From Macrostomum lignano (lineage: Eukaryota), in NCBI GenBank assembly GCA_002269645.1, contig NIVC01000110.1:1-64000 (forward strand): 64,000 bases of DNA, written 5' to 3'. Shown here one piece after another: positions 45,470 through 57,844 of this stretch. The position numbers and the translations under genes were made by a program. The notes beneath the pieces were generated by a model. It did not search any database. It had not been told where the DNA came from and saw nothing but the letters and a program-made list of their open reading frames with translations. Position 1 is the first letter of the stretch, and each line of letters starts with the position of its first letter.

Positions 45470-47706
45470 GATTACAGTGGTGCTAGTAGGGTTGCAGTAG
45501 TGCTAGTAGGGTTACAGTGTACGAGTAGGGTTGCAGTAGTGCTAGTAGGGTTACAGTAGTGCTAGTAGGGTTGCAGTAGTGCTAGTAGGGTTGCAGTAGT
45601 GCTAGTAGGGTTGCAGTAGTGCTAGTAGGGTTGCAGTAGTGCTAGTAGGGTTGCAGTAGTGCTAGTAGGGTTGCAGTAGTGCTAGTAGGGTTACAGTAGT
45701 GCTAGTAGGGTTGCAGTAGTGCTAGTAGGGTTACAGTAGTGCTAGTAGGGTTGCAGTAGTGCTAGTAGGGTTACAGTAGTGCTAGTAGGGTTGCAGTAGT
45801 GCTAGTAGGGTTGCAGTAGTGCTAGTAGGGTTGCAGTGTGCTAGTAGGGTTGCAGTAGTGCTAGTAGGGTTGCAGTGTGCTAGTAGGGTTACAGTAGTGC
45901 TAGTAGGGTTGCAGTAGTGCTAGTAGGGTTACAGTAGTGCTAGTAGGGTTGCAGTAGTGCTAGTAGGGTTGCAGTAGTGCTAGTAGGGTTGCAGTGTGCT
46001 AGTAGGGTTGCAGTAGTGCTAGTAGGGTTGCAGTGTGCTAGTAGGGTTACAGTAGTGCTAGTAGGGTTACAGTAATGCTAGTAGGGTTGCAGTAGTGCTA
46101 GTAGGGTTACAGTAGTGCTAGTAGGGTTACAGTAGTGCTAGTAGGGTTGCAGTAGTGCTAGTAGGGTTACAGTAGTGCTAGTAGGGTTGCAGTAGTGCTA
46201 GTAGGGTTGCAGTGTGCTAGTAGGGTTACAGTAGTGCTAGTAGGGTTACAGTAGTGCTAGTAGGGTTACAGTAGTGCTAGTAGGGTTGCAGTAGTGCTAG
46301 TAGGGTTGCAGTAGTGCTAGTAGGGTTGCAGTAGTGCTAGTAGGGTTACAGTAGTGCTAGTAGGGTTACAGTGTACTAGTAGGGTTGCAGTGTGCTAGTA
46401 GGGTTGCAATAGTGCTAGTAGGGTTGCAGTGTGCTAGTAGGGTTGCAGTAGTGCTAGTAGGGTTACAGTGTACTAGTAGGGTTGCAGTGTGCTAGTAGGG
46501 TTGCAATAGTGCTAGTAGGGTTGCAGTGTGCTAGTAGGGTTGCAGTAGTGCTAGTAGGGTTACAGTGTACTAGTAGGGTTGCAGTAGTGCTAGTAGGGTT
46601 ACAGTGTACTAGTAGGGTTGCAGTAGTGCTAGTAGGGTTGCAATAGTGCTAGTAGGGTTGCAGTAGTGCTAGTAGGGTTGCAGTAGTGCTAGTAGGGTTA
46701 CAGTGTACTAGTAGGGTTGCAGTAGTGCTAGTAGGGTTGCAATAGTGCTAGTAGGGTTACAGTGTACTAGTAGGGTTACAGTGTACGAGTAGGGTTGCAG
46801 TAGTGCTAGTAGGGTTACAGTGTACGAGTAGGGTTGCAGTAGTGCTAGTAGGGTTGCAGTAGTGCTAGTAGGGTTACAGTGTACGAGTAGGGTTGCAGTA
46901 GTGCTAGTAGGGTTGCAGTGTGATAGTAGGGTTGCAGTGTGATAGTAGGGTTGCAGTAGTGCTAGTAGGGTTGCAGTGTGCTAGTAGGGTTACAGTAGTG
47001 CTAGTAGGGTTGCAGTAGTGCTAGTAGGGTTGCAGTAGTGCTAGTAGGGTTACAGTAGTGCTAGTAGGGTTACAGTAGTGCTAGTAGGGTTACAGTGTAC
47101 TAGTAGGGTTGCAGTAGTGCTAGTAGGGTTGCAATAGTGCTAGTAGGGTTACAGTGTACTAGTAGGGTTACAGTAGTGCTAGTAGGGTTACAGTAGTGCT
47201 AGTAGGGTTGCAGTAGTGCTAGTAGGGTTGCAGTAGTGCTAGTAGGGTTACAGTAGTGCTAGTAGGGTTACAGTAGTGCTAGTAGGGTTACAGTGTACTA
47301 GTAGGGTTACAGTGTACTAGTAGGGTTGCAGTAGTGCTAGTAGGGTTGCAATAGTGCTAGTAGGGTTACAGTGTACTAGTAGGGTTACAGTGTACGAGTA
47401 GGGTTGCAGTAGTGCTAGTAGGGTTACAGTGTACGAGTAGGGTTGCAGTAGTGCTAGTAGGGTTGCAGTAGTGCTAGTAGGGTTACAGTGTACGAGTAGG
47501 GTTGCAGTAGTGCTAGTAGGGTTGCAGTAGTGCTAGTAGGGTTACAGTAGTGCTAGTAGGGTTACAGTAGTGCTAGTAGGGTTACAGTAGTGCTAGTAGG
47601 GTTGCAGTAGTGCTAGTAGGGTTACAGTAGTGCTAGTAGGGTTGCAGTAGTGCTAGTAGGGTTGCAGTAGTGCTAGTAGGGTTACAGTAGTGCTAGTAGG
47701 GTTACA
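45470..47706. repeat. 20-bp satellite (GTAGTGCTAGTAGGGTTRCA)n with 19-bp variants
   Basis: Direct periodicity; core TAGGGTT. Confidence 0.98.
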
Positions 47707-48063
47707 GCCTGGTTCCCTGGCTGCAGCACTGAGCTGCGGAAAGGGAACTAGAGATAAGCTACACATTGAACTGTCAATTTTGGGCGTCTAGTTTTGCAAG
47801 GCTCAGAAATATGTTCATTAATCATAAAATTATTTGATTTTTTAATAATTAGAGAACATTCGCAATATAGAATTCGAACTTATGCTCAAAGATTCCTATG
47901 GCTGTCTATGGGAAATCTTGCAATGAGGCACCTTGCCGTATCTGCTTTCAAAGCTTATAAAAGCGTGTTTCAAGACGCATTAAATGAATAAAATTAGTAA
48001 TGCTTTTAGTAGTAGCTACAGTACCTCTAAGCTGCATTAGTGTTAACTATAAACACCGAAGTA

Positions 48064-49204
48064 ATGCAGATTGGCCAGATCGTTCTGTCGCTTGCAACAC
48101 TGCTGGTTTTGGCACTGTTAATCGAGACCGGAGACACTTGTGCTTATGGTAAGCATTTTTGACCAAAATTTTCTCTTATACGCGCTGCTTTAGCACCAGG
48201 GGCTTTAGCACCAGGGGCTTTAGCACCAGGGGCTTTAGCACCAGGGGCTTTAGCACCAGGGGCTTTAGCACCAGGGGCTTTAGCACCAGGGGCTTTAGCA
48301 CCAGGGGCTTTAGCACCAGGGGCTTTAGCACCAGGGGCTTTAGCACCAGGGGCTTTAGCACCAGGGGCTTTAGCACCAGGGGCTTTAGCACCAGGGGCTT
48401 TAGCACCAGGGGCTTTAGCACCAGGGGCTTTAGCACCAGGGGCTTTAGCACCAGGGGCTTTAGCACCAGGGGCTTTAGCACCAGGGGCTTTAGCACCAGG
48501 GGCTTTAGCACCAGGGGCTTTAGCACCAGGGGCTTTAGCACCAGGGGCTTTAGCACCAGGGGCGCCAGCACCAGGGGCTTTAGCACCAGGGGCTTTAGCA
48601 CCAGGGGCTTTAGCACCAGGGGCTTTAGCACCAGGGGCTTTAGCACCAGGGGCTTTAGCACCAGGGGCTTTAGCACCAGGGGCGCCAGCACCAGGGGCGC
48701 CAGCACCAGGGGCGCCAGCACTAGGGGCGCCAGCACCAGGGGCGCCAGCACCAGAGGCGCCAGCACCAGGCGCACCAGCACCAGAGGCACTATGCAGCGC
48801 CAGGGGCGCCAGCACCAGGCGCACCAGCACCAGAGGCGCCAGCACCAGAGGCGCCAGCACCAGGGGCACTATGCAGCGCCAGAGGCTTTAGCAATAGGGC
48901 TTTTAGTACCAGAGGCGCCAGCAACAGGCGCCCAGTTTATTAACTTTAAGAGACCCACATTCTTAATCCCATATGAAAGCTTTTTGTAGCTTAACAACTG
49001 AAATTTATTTATTAACTTTCAGTTGCCCGGACCACCACCAAGCCTTTAGTTGACCGCGCCGTGGCAAAAATACAAGAGAAAATCGGGAGCATTAGCAGAG
49101 ACTCAAAAAGGCCGGAACCAACAGGTAATACTTCCCCGAGTAGTCCGAATGTCAATAGGGAGAGCTCGGAGTTAAATAAACACATGAACATTTCTGCTCC
49201 ATGA
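48064..49204 (+). CDS. Small secreted protein F (2 exons, Cys at predicted +1)
   Basis: Exon 1 48064-48148 (MQIGQIVLSLATLLVLALLIETGDTCAY, G|GTAAGC); exon 2 49023-49204 (actttcag|TT GCC: VARTTTKPLVDRAVAKIQEKIG...SAP*). Phase 1. Confidence 0.75.
48186..48935. repeat. 15-bp minisatellite (GGCTTTAGCACCAGG)n in the intron of gene F
   Basis: Period of 15; homogeneous at left, diverged at right. Confidence 0.98.
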
Positions 49205-50999
49205 AGACAATAACTGACTGTGAGCCTTGAATAGTACGCTAGTACATATGCTTGTTAATTTATTTAAACTTTTTAGTGCAAGCCATTGTGCAGAGTATCA
49301 CTTTCAGCGATTTCTTTTTTAATTTGAAGCTCATTTTAGCCTACTTATACGCTCGTACTACGAATTTGAGTTGATTTTTTTTCTAATTACTCATCTAATG
49401 CAAATGCAACCTTATGGACATTATTTTATTACCGTATGTCCGCCTTAATGGCTTAATCTTTTTTCAGTCGTCTGCGAAGAGAAGTTTTGTAAGATACTGT
49501 ATTTTTTGGTATTTGATACACTTCTCTTTAATAAACATAATCATATGCATAAACCATCAAATATCGATGCTTTCATTGACTTTGATTTACTTATTGACAA
49601 TCTTTTTTTTCTGTATAGTGCTATAACTACTACAACTAGAACGCAAAAGTACTATTTGATTTTAGCACGCAAATTAAAATATTGATTTTCCTCGCAAAGA
49701 ATTTTTATTCTACTTTGATCCATGGATAAGAAAATTCATAGCTAAATCTATATTCAACTCGCTCTAAAAGAAATTAAAACATTAAAATTGCTTTTTTGAG
49801 GCCCAGAAAGTCAGATTCAAAACAAATCCGGCGAGCGTACACGCGAAGCTATTTTGAATTTCGATAAGTTTTATTATCGATTTTTACTTAATTAATAATT
49901 TTTGAAAAAATTTTGAAAAAATTCTATTTTGCCTTGCTTGTAACGCATATATATGTACTTGATCGTTTGTAGGCATTTACTGCGTTATTTTTTACTTCAA
50001 ATAAAATATTTGTTTAAAATGTTTTTATTTTACTTGCGCGGCGCTGCGCTGCGTTCGTCTTTCAACACGTGCCCAGTGCAGTTTTCCGATATTTCTTCGT
50101 ATCTCGTATCGATGGCGACGGCGTTTATACAAAGTAATATATAGGGTGCAATAGATACTAGTGGAGAGATGTAGTTAAGCCTTTATAATCGCTTGTATGA
50201 GTTAAATAGGAGGCCTATTTTTAGAATTCAGCAACTAATAGGATTGCGATTGTATTTAACAGCTACCACTTTAGCATTTTTCTCAGCATAATCTGCAGTA
50301 ATATCATTTGACTTGTGCCTTTTATTTTTACAGACGTTTTAAGCCAGCCACACAACAATATTTATACTTATGGGCTTTATGGCTGTGTACAAGGTCAATT
50401 GATTCTTTAAATATAGGCCTAATGCTAACATTAACAAATGGCTTCAAATAATATGTATATAATTCTACTTGTCATCAGTGTACAGCCACCCCAGTCCCTC
50501 TATGTACTTTTTGATGTTGGTTTAACATTGGTAAAAACAAATTGGCCAAAGTTATATACATCTACCATATTGGCCATATAATAGAATGCAGAGCAGCAAT
50601 CCTAGGTTACGCTTAGGCCTAGTCCTAAGTCCTAGTCCTAGACTCCGAGGGTCTAGGCTATGGGCAGGGCCTAATTATAAATTATGGATGTAAGCCTGGC
50701 CTAGGCCTATTTTGATAGAAAAAAAAGTAATATTATTAATGTTAGACCTAGCTCTAGCCTCTAGCCTCTAGACAAAACAAAAAGCCATAGGGCCTAGGCC
50801 TATCTATGGTCTATTGCATAAATAAGTATAATATTCTATGGATGACTAGGCCTAGGCCCCTATAGATTGTACAATATGAAATACAAGCATATTATATTGT
50901 TGCTTGATGCCTATTATATAATATTAGTTTGTGTCAATGCACTACTACCTCATTGGCAGACAGTCTAATGCTATTACAAGAGATAGGCCTACCTTTGCA

Positions 51000-52152
51000 A
51001 ATAGAGAAAAGTTTCAGTTTAGCACCAGTTAGCATAGCTGACATTATGAGGCTTGCCTAATAGTCACCAGATAGGAAAGCACTGGGTCTAGACAAGATGC
51101 TTATTGAGGTGCTATATAGGCCTATCCATTGTATGGCCAATGAAGTGGCCAATGATAAATTGTTCTTTAGTAAAAAGGCATCCAACCCAAAAAATGGACC
51201 ACTGTATACATATTATCACAATTCCTAAGAAGCTAGACACCACAAGGCTTGATGATCATTGAAGTATCTACCTTTAGTCCTGACTCCTGCGCTGCAAAGT
51301 TGTTCAACTAGATTCTGTAATTGTGGTTGCAGCTGTTGCTAGATCTGTGCCTATGTCCTGAAGAGAATGGCTTTTGGCCCCATTGTGACATAGTGATGCA
51401 AATTGTAGATCTCTTTGCTGAGTCATCAAGGAGGCGCGGACATGCCAGCCAATCCTGATTGTCATCTTCATAATTTCAAGAAGGCACTTAGCTTGGTTGT
51501 TAGGTCTGTGCTTCCAAAGGTGCTCTGTAAATACAATCTGCCAGAGCAGTTGATTTCTACCATCATGGCAATGTACTTCAATACAAAAGCTGCTGTTTCA
51601 ACACTAGACAGCCTAGGCCCTATTATAATTTGAAAAATATTCTGGGGTGCTTCAGGGAGATATTCTTATACCAATCCTATTCTTTCTTGTACTTGACTGT
51701 GTGGTATGGACTGCTTTTCTTACCAACAATAATGGCTCTCTATTGTGTTAATGCATAGAATATATTAACTAGAGAGGTGGCTCAGTATGCTTGGCTTATC
51801 TTGCCCTGCTAACTAGATATGCTAATTGCTATTGTAGCAAGTGTCAACCTGGTGGTCAAGGTCAACACACAGAAAACCATCATGCTCTATATGCTAGACA
51901 ACTGTGAGGCTGCAATCTTGTGTTGAAGTGCTAATGGACTGGCGACAAAGCTTCCCCATTGTCAGCAGTTTGTGTGACTAGGTGGTCTGGTTCCTGGCAT
52001 TTGCAAGAATTTGCTGCATTGCCACAGGCTTGCTTGGGTTGCCTTTCATTCTGTGAAGGCAGTCTTGCAGTCTGAAGCCCTACCTGACTACTAGAGGGTG
52101 GCACTGTTCCAGGCAGTGACCAAGACTATCTTGTACAATGCAGAGACAACTT
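51000..52152 (+). pseudogene. Highly decayed RTE-like LINE reverse transcriptase fragment
   Basis: Remnants ITIPKK, NGFWP, KYNLPEQLISTIMAMY, SGVLQGDILIPILF, KVNTQKT, TILYNAET, with stops and frameshifts. Confidence 0.75.
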
Positions 52153-52280
52153 TAATCCTATCTATCTTTTATATAGTCTTTTGATAAGATATCTATAGAA
52201 CTAATACACAGATAATATATAGCTTGTCTTCAAAAACTTTTTGTGCTTTTCTTATCAATGTACCTATGGAAACTTATGTG

Positions 52281-53071
52281 TAGGGATTCCAAAATCCCAA
52301 CAATTTAAAATCCTAAAATTGAGAAATCCTGAAATCTCAATGGTTTAAAATCCCAGGATCACTTATCCCAGAAAATCCTGACTAAGAGTAATCCTGGGAT
52401 CTTGCTTCAAAGTTCAAAAAATCCTGGGATCCCGAAATCAAATGTATTGTATTGTAACATCTGCATCCAGCTTCCACCACGACCACAAAGTATAATTATG
52501 ATATCTATAATGATAGCTAATGGTCCAAACTGTGGTATATTTTCGCAATAAACTTCTCTTTGCTTAGTTATTGTACAAGTAGAAATAGAAAATTGTTTGA
52601 TAATAATAAATACTATTTATCCATAAAAGATAATTGAAAATAATTGATTACAACAATAATAACTTGTTTTAATATAGGTTATATAGCTAGCTATGCAATA
52701 TCAATGTAAATTATCAAAGTGAATGTCATGTTTAATGCCACATTACAGTGTTAGACATCACGCAACAGATGAACATGTGAAATTAAATTATACTTTATGA
52801 AAATGAAAAAAAAATTTCTGCTTAACAAAGTGCTCTAACATATTTTGCTACTTTTTATGTGTGATTTCGATACAGACATGCAGGCTGCAGTTGTATTATT
52901 TCATAATTTTTAAAGTTGAATCTTTTTTTTCAAATTTTACATGATTATTTTAGTTGAAAAAAGAGAATTAAAATCAGTTTGAATCCCAGGATCCCAATCC
53001 TGCACTGTTGTAATCCCGAGGATCATAAATCCCAAAATTTCAAGTCCCTAAAAAAGGGATTGGAATGCCTA
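52281..53071. mobile_element. hAT-type non-autonomous element (791 bp, 8-bp TSD CTTATGTG)
   Basis: Termini TAGGGATTCCA / TGGAATGCCTA; TSD at 52273-52280 and 53072-53079; subterminal GGGAT/ATCCC motifs. Confidence 0.85.
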
Positions 53072-54141
53072 CTTATGTGCCATACAAAATAGGCCTATTT
53101 TTAGTTTTAAAAATTTGAGGCAGGGTTGTATAAGTAATCTAATTATTCTACTAATAGTAATTAACCATGTTTATTTTATTCCTACCAATCAGAAAAATTG
53201 TTCTCTTTTGTTTTAATCTTGTAAAAAAATTGTTTAAATTCTAATTTATAAATTTCATTAATTTTTGTTTCAATGTGTGGTGCCCACCCCCTCCTCTTGT
53301 AATCTACTATAAAAGGAAGCAATTCGGAATAGAAAATAAATTCTCTCTCTTGCTTAAAACCATTTTACTGCTTAATAACTCTTAGAATTCCAGGTTCAAC
53401 TCTAAACTTCAGCTAAGACTTGTTTCGCTATTTCTTTACTGAATAGGGAAAACTCAAGGTCGTGGAGACCTAGAACTAGGGATCTGGAACAGGTGTCTTA
53501 CCACTCGGGCACTTAACACTACCACAAGGCTTCTAAGAAACCCACATCAACTAGGAATTTCTAGGAAAGAATCATAGTTTGGGGCAGCTAATGCTACTTA
53601 GAGTAGACAACTTGGTGGCATTAGTGGAATAGCTAAAAGAGGGAAGCAAAATGCTGGTTACAAAGTCTAGCATTTGAAAATTATATAATTAGTATTACCT
53701 TCTTTACTATGACATAAACAGCTAATTACCTATGGGAAGCTTGCTCAATTTTTTTGTACAACAATGTGCCTTTAAATTGGCTAGATCTTATGCCATCTAG
53801 AATTATATATTAGGCTTTCTTTTGTATATGCTAGGCCTAGTCATCTTTAATTAATACCTAATCATACTAATTTTATTATTTTTATTTTATAAAAACAGAA
53901 TTTGGTAAATAGATGGGCCTAGATTCTTAAAACTACAATATGCCTATATGCAAATTGCAAATTTGCTAAAATAAATAAGTCAAATCAGGGACAGGGACAG
54001 ACTAGAAGAGAAAATGAAAAAAATATCCAGTTAACTTAACTTAGCTGCAGGGGGCGTCCGGCGGATGCAGCGGGGAGGCAGAGGAGACCGCCCATTCCGC
54101 TAGCCCCTGGCGACCAATGACTTCCGTTGAAGTGAAGTCGC

Positions 54142-57100
54142 TCAGGGGGACCCGTCGGTCTCGCCTGCAGCGCGGTCCTCCTCACCGACGGTGGGGAAGA
54201 AATCAGCTCGTCCGGTGTCCCTGAGGTACCGGGCGAGCAGCGGGATGCTCTCGGGCTTGCAAACGTCGGAGAGAACCGGGTTTGGCCCGAGGTGAGTAAG
54301 CCTGGCCCTGGTGAAAACCGGGCAGTGGCAGATAAAATGCTCGGCGTTTTCACTGCCTGAGCGGCAGAAGGGGCATCGCTCCTTGGGTACTTGGCCCTGA
54401 AGGAAACGGTGGCGAGAGAAGCAGCCATGCCCGGAGAGGGCCATGCTAACTGCTCTGAGGTCTCTGCGGTTGAGCCTGAGGAGGGCTCTACGCAGGAGAG
54501 GAGAGGGGCAGGGGACAGCCGCCCGGGATTGCCTATAGTTCCGGGTGTCGTGCCACCTGCGGAGATGCTCGGAGTCAGCCCAGCGCTTAACGCGGGAGTT
54601 GATCACCGAGGCGGGGATGGGGGCTCCCGGGCCCGGCCCCAGCAGCGCGCCGGCGGAGCCAGCCTTGGCCAGCAGGTCGGCGCGCTCGTTGCTGAGGAAG
54701 CCGGCATGGCCCGGGATCCATCTGAGCTCCACCTGGTTGCCTAGCGCAAGCCCGTTGAGCTGGGTGTTGCAGTCCAGGACAGACCTGGAGCTGGTGGTGC
54801 AGCGGCAGAGGGCCCGAAGGGCTGCTTGGCTGTCAGAGTGAAAAATAAGCTTCCGACCGCTAAGTTGCCTTCGGCGCAGTTCTGCCGCGCAGGAGCTGAT
54901 GGCAAGCACCTCGCTCTGAAAAACACTGGAGTTGAGCCCAGTGTGCTGGGAGTAGCTCCACGCCACTTCTCCCTTGAAGAAGACGCACGCTCCGAAGCCT
55001 GAAAGACCATGCTTCATAGAGCCGTCAGTGTAACAGTGGACTTCAGAATCGCTCCAGCTGTCACTCGCCTCATGTCGAGGCTGAATAGTGACCTTATACC
55101 TTTGGCTCAGGAGAAGGGTGGCTGGGATCGAGTCCGAGAGGATGTTGAGCCCGCCACATTCTTCTAGAGCCTTGAGGCAGAGGTCAGAGTGCGGGATAAG
55201 CGACCGCTTCTAAAAAGCCCGCACTTTCTTGAAGGCCACCCCAGCATCCAGAAGACGCCGGGTGCTCTTCGCCGCCTCTCCTTTGATATAAATATCCAGA
55301 GGAGGGGTGCAGAGGAAGGCATTCATGCCTTCAAAAGGAGTAGAGGGTGGAGCGCCCATAGTCATGCGGCAGGCTCTGCCCTGGATTTTGTAGAGAGCGT
55401 CGAGGTTACTCTTGACGCCCAGACCGCTAGCCCACACGAGGCTGGCGTAACTGATTGAGGGGCGGATGATTGCAGTGTAAATCCACCACAGCTTCCTGGG
55501 GGTGAGCCCCCAGGTAGTGCCCACGGCGCGCCTGATCTGAGCCAGGACAGCCAGGGCTTTTTTGGCTTTAGTTTGAATGTGCGGAGTCCAGTTGAGCCTG
55601 TGGTCCAGATTGAGGCCGAGGCAGCGGACCTGCTTCTTCATGGAAATGTTCTTTCCATAGAGGGTGAGGGGCTTAATGGTCCAGAGCAGTTTGTTGGTAA
55701 ACATGACCGCTGTGGTTTTCGACTCTGAGAGTCTAAGACCACATTGGTTTGCCCAACGCTCCGCTCGTCCCAGAAAGCCCTGCAGAAGATCTCTGATGGT
55801 GTCAACCGAGGGGCCCGCGCAGATCGCGGTCACGTCATCGGCATAGCCCACCTTGAGAATGGGGTCGTGGAGATCACTGCAAAGCAGCTCATCCATGACC
55901 ATGTTCCAGAGAACGGGGGTGAGAACTCCGCCCTGGGGGCCCCCTTTTTGGACAGGCGCCGAAAGAGAGCTGCCGTTCAGGTGGGCCACAACAGTGCGGT
56001 TCCGGATCATGAACATGATCCACCGGACAAGGTGAGGGTGCGTGGCCCTGGATTCCAGGGCTCTGCAAAAGGCCTCGAAGATGACGTTGTCGAAGGCCCC
56101 CTCAATGTCCAGAAAAAGCGAGAGGGCAAAGCCGCTGCCAAGAACGGCCCTCTCCAGGAAGTCAACAATGACATGGAGGGCACTCTCGGTAGACCTGCCC
56201 GCGCGGAAGGCGTGCTGGTTCTGCGAGAGTGGGAAGCGCTTCAGCTCGACTGAAAGTAGGCGCCAGAGCACCAGTCTCTCGAGGAGCTTGAGGCAGAAAG
56301 AAGTGAGGCTGATAGGCCTGAAGGCCTTCACCGATTGGTAATCGCTCTTTCCAGGCTTGGGGATAAAGACCACCCGGGCCTCTCTCCACGCAACTGGTAC
56401 ATAGCCCAGTTCCACACAAGCTCGGAGGAGACGACAGAGGAGGTCCAGAAAGCGGTGGTTTTTCGCCGCCTCGTGCAAGAACGCTGGGTAGATGCCGTCG
56501 GGCCCAGGCGCCTTGAACGGGTTAAAGGACCTTGCCGCTCTAATAATGCGGTCTTTGGTGATTATAGACTTTGCTAGGCCTTGCCCTCCCACTGTGTGGT
56601 CAGGCGGGCCCTGCTGAGTCGGAGATTTAGGGAAGAAACTGTTGAGCATTAGCTCCAGAGTCTCTTCAGAGCTCCCTGTGACCGAGCCGTCAGGTCTCTT
56701 TACAACAGAGAGTTTAGAAAAACGGTCATTTGTGAGTGCCTTAACCACGCGGGCTACGGGGCGAGAGCCCTCAAGCCCTTCGCAGTATTGGCGCCACTTG
56801 GCCGTCTTGGCCCTTCTGACTTGGCCCTTAAACTCGTGGATCGCACGGGTATAGGCCTCTGTCAGATGGGTCTTTGGTTTTGAGCGCTCGCCTTTGGAGG
56901 GTCCTGGCTCGGCGCCGAAGGGCCCCGAGCTCTGGGTTCCACCAGGGAGCAGATTTCTTGCCTTTATAGGCTTTTAGAGGGCAGGCTGCTTCAAAGGCAG
57001 TGGTGATCGCCCCACTCAGGGAGGAGGCGAGATCATCCACCACCTGGCAGTCAGAGAGGTCACTGGGGGGGTCAAGATCCCGAAGGCCGCGGCTCAGCTT

Positions 57101-57844
57101 CGAGCCAAAGGCGGCCCAATCGGTGTTCCTGACGTTCCGACTCCAAGTGACCTTAGGCTTTTGATTGGTCGGCCCAATGCAAAAGCGGATAAAGCGGTGG
57201 TCCGAGAGCGAGTCCTCGTCCCACACTCGCCAGCCCGTAACTGCGGAAAGCAGTCCGGGTGAGGCGATGGTGGTGTCGATGACTTCGGCCCACCGCCCAT
57301 TATTGAACGTTGGTGCGTTGCCCACGTTACAGAAATTGAGGTTAGTGCTGCTGACATAGGCCAGCAGCTCCTCGCCTCTGCTATTAATGTTTTTGCTGCC
57401 CCAATGCAGGTGGTGTGCGTTCACATCCCCTGCAATGAGCAGCTCGAACCGATGGGACGCAGCATAGTCAATAAGGTTGACTAGCGCGTCGCAGACAACT
57501 GGGGCATCGCCTGGGAAATAGGCAGATGCTACCAGCACAGGTTTATTGGGAATGAGGTTATTGATTTGAACAACACAGATGTCCCCAGACGAGAGATCCG
57601 GTCTCATCCATGCCTCAAAAGCTTTCGCAGCAAAGACCAGAGATCTTGGGCGAGGCTGAGAGCCCGCCATGCAAAAACAGTGGTAGCCAGATGGCACATT
57701 ATTTGGCTTACCTTTAGTCATCCAGGGCTCCTGTACGAAGACCAGGCCCGGAAGCTGTTGCTCTGCCGTGCGCATCAGGTTGACTGACGCCGCCACGCAG
57801 TGCTGGGTGTTGATCTGCAGACACCAGGTAGTCGCTGGCATCAT
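54142..57844 (-). pseudogene. LINE ORF2 (endonuclease-RT-RNase H) with one frameshift and one in-frame stop
   Basis: The EN frame shifts to the RT frame at about 56860 (GAC AGA GGC versus GAG GCC TAT). A single TAG at 55212-55210 lies between the in-frame RT and RNase H. Confidence 0.9.

Noticed and set aside
48144-48989. Long ORFs of repeated APGAK, RGFST or KPLVL, resembling elastin or collagen-like proteins
   Set aside because: They are by-products of a 15-bp minisatellite lying inside the GT-AG intron of gene F, and are open in several frames on both strands.
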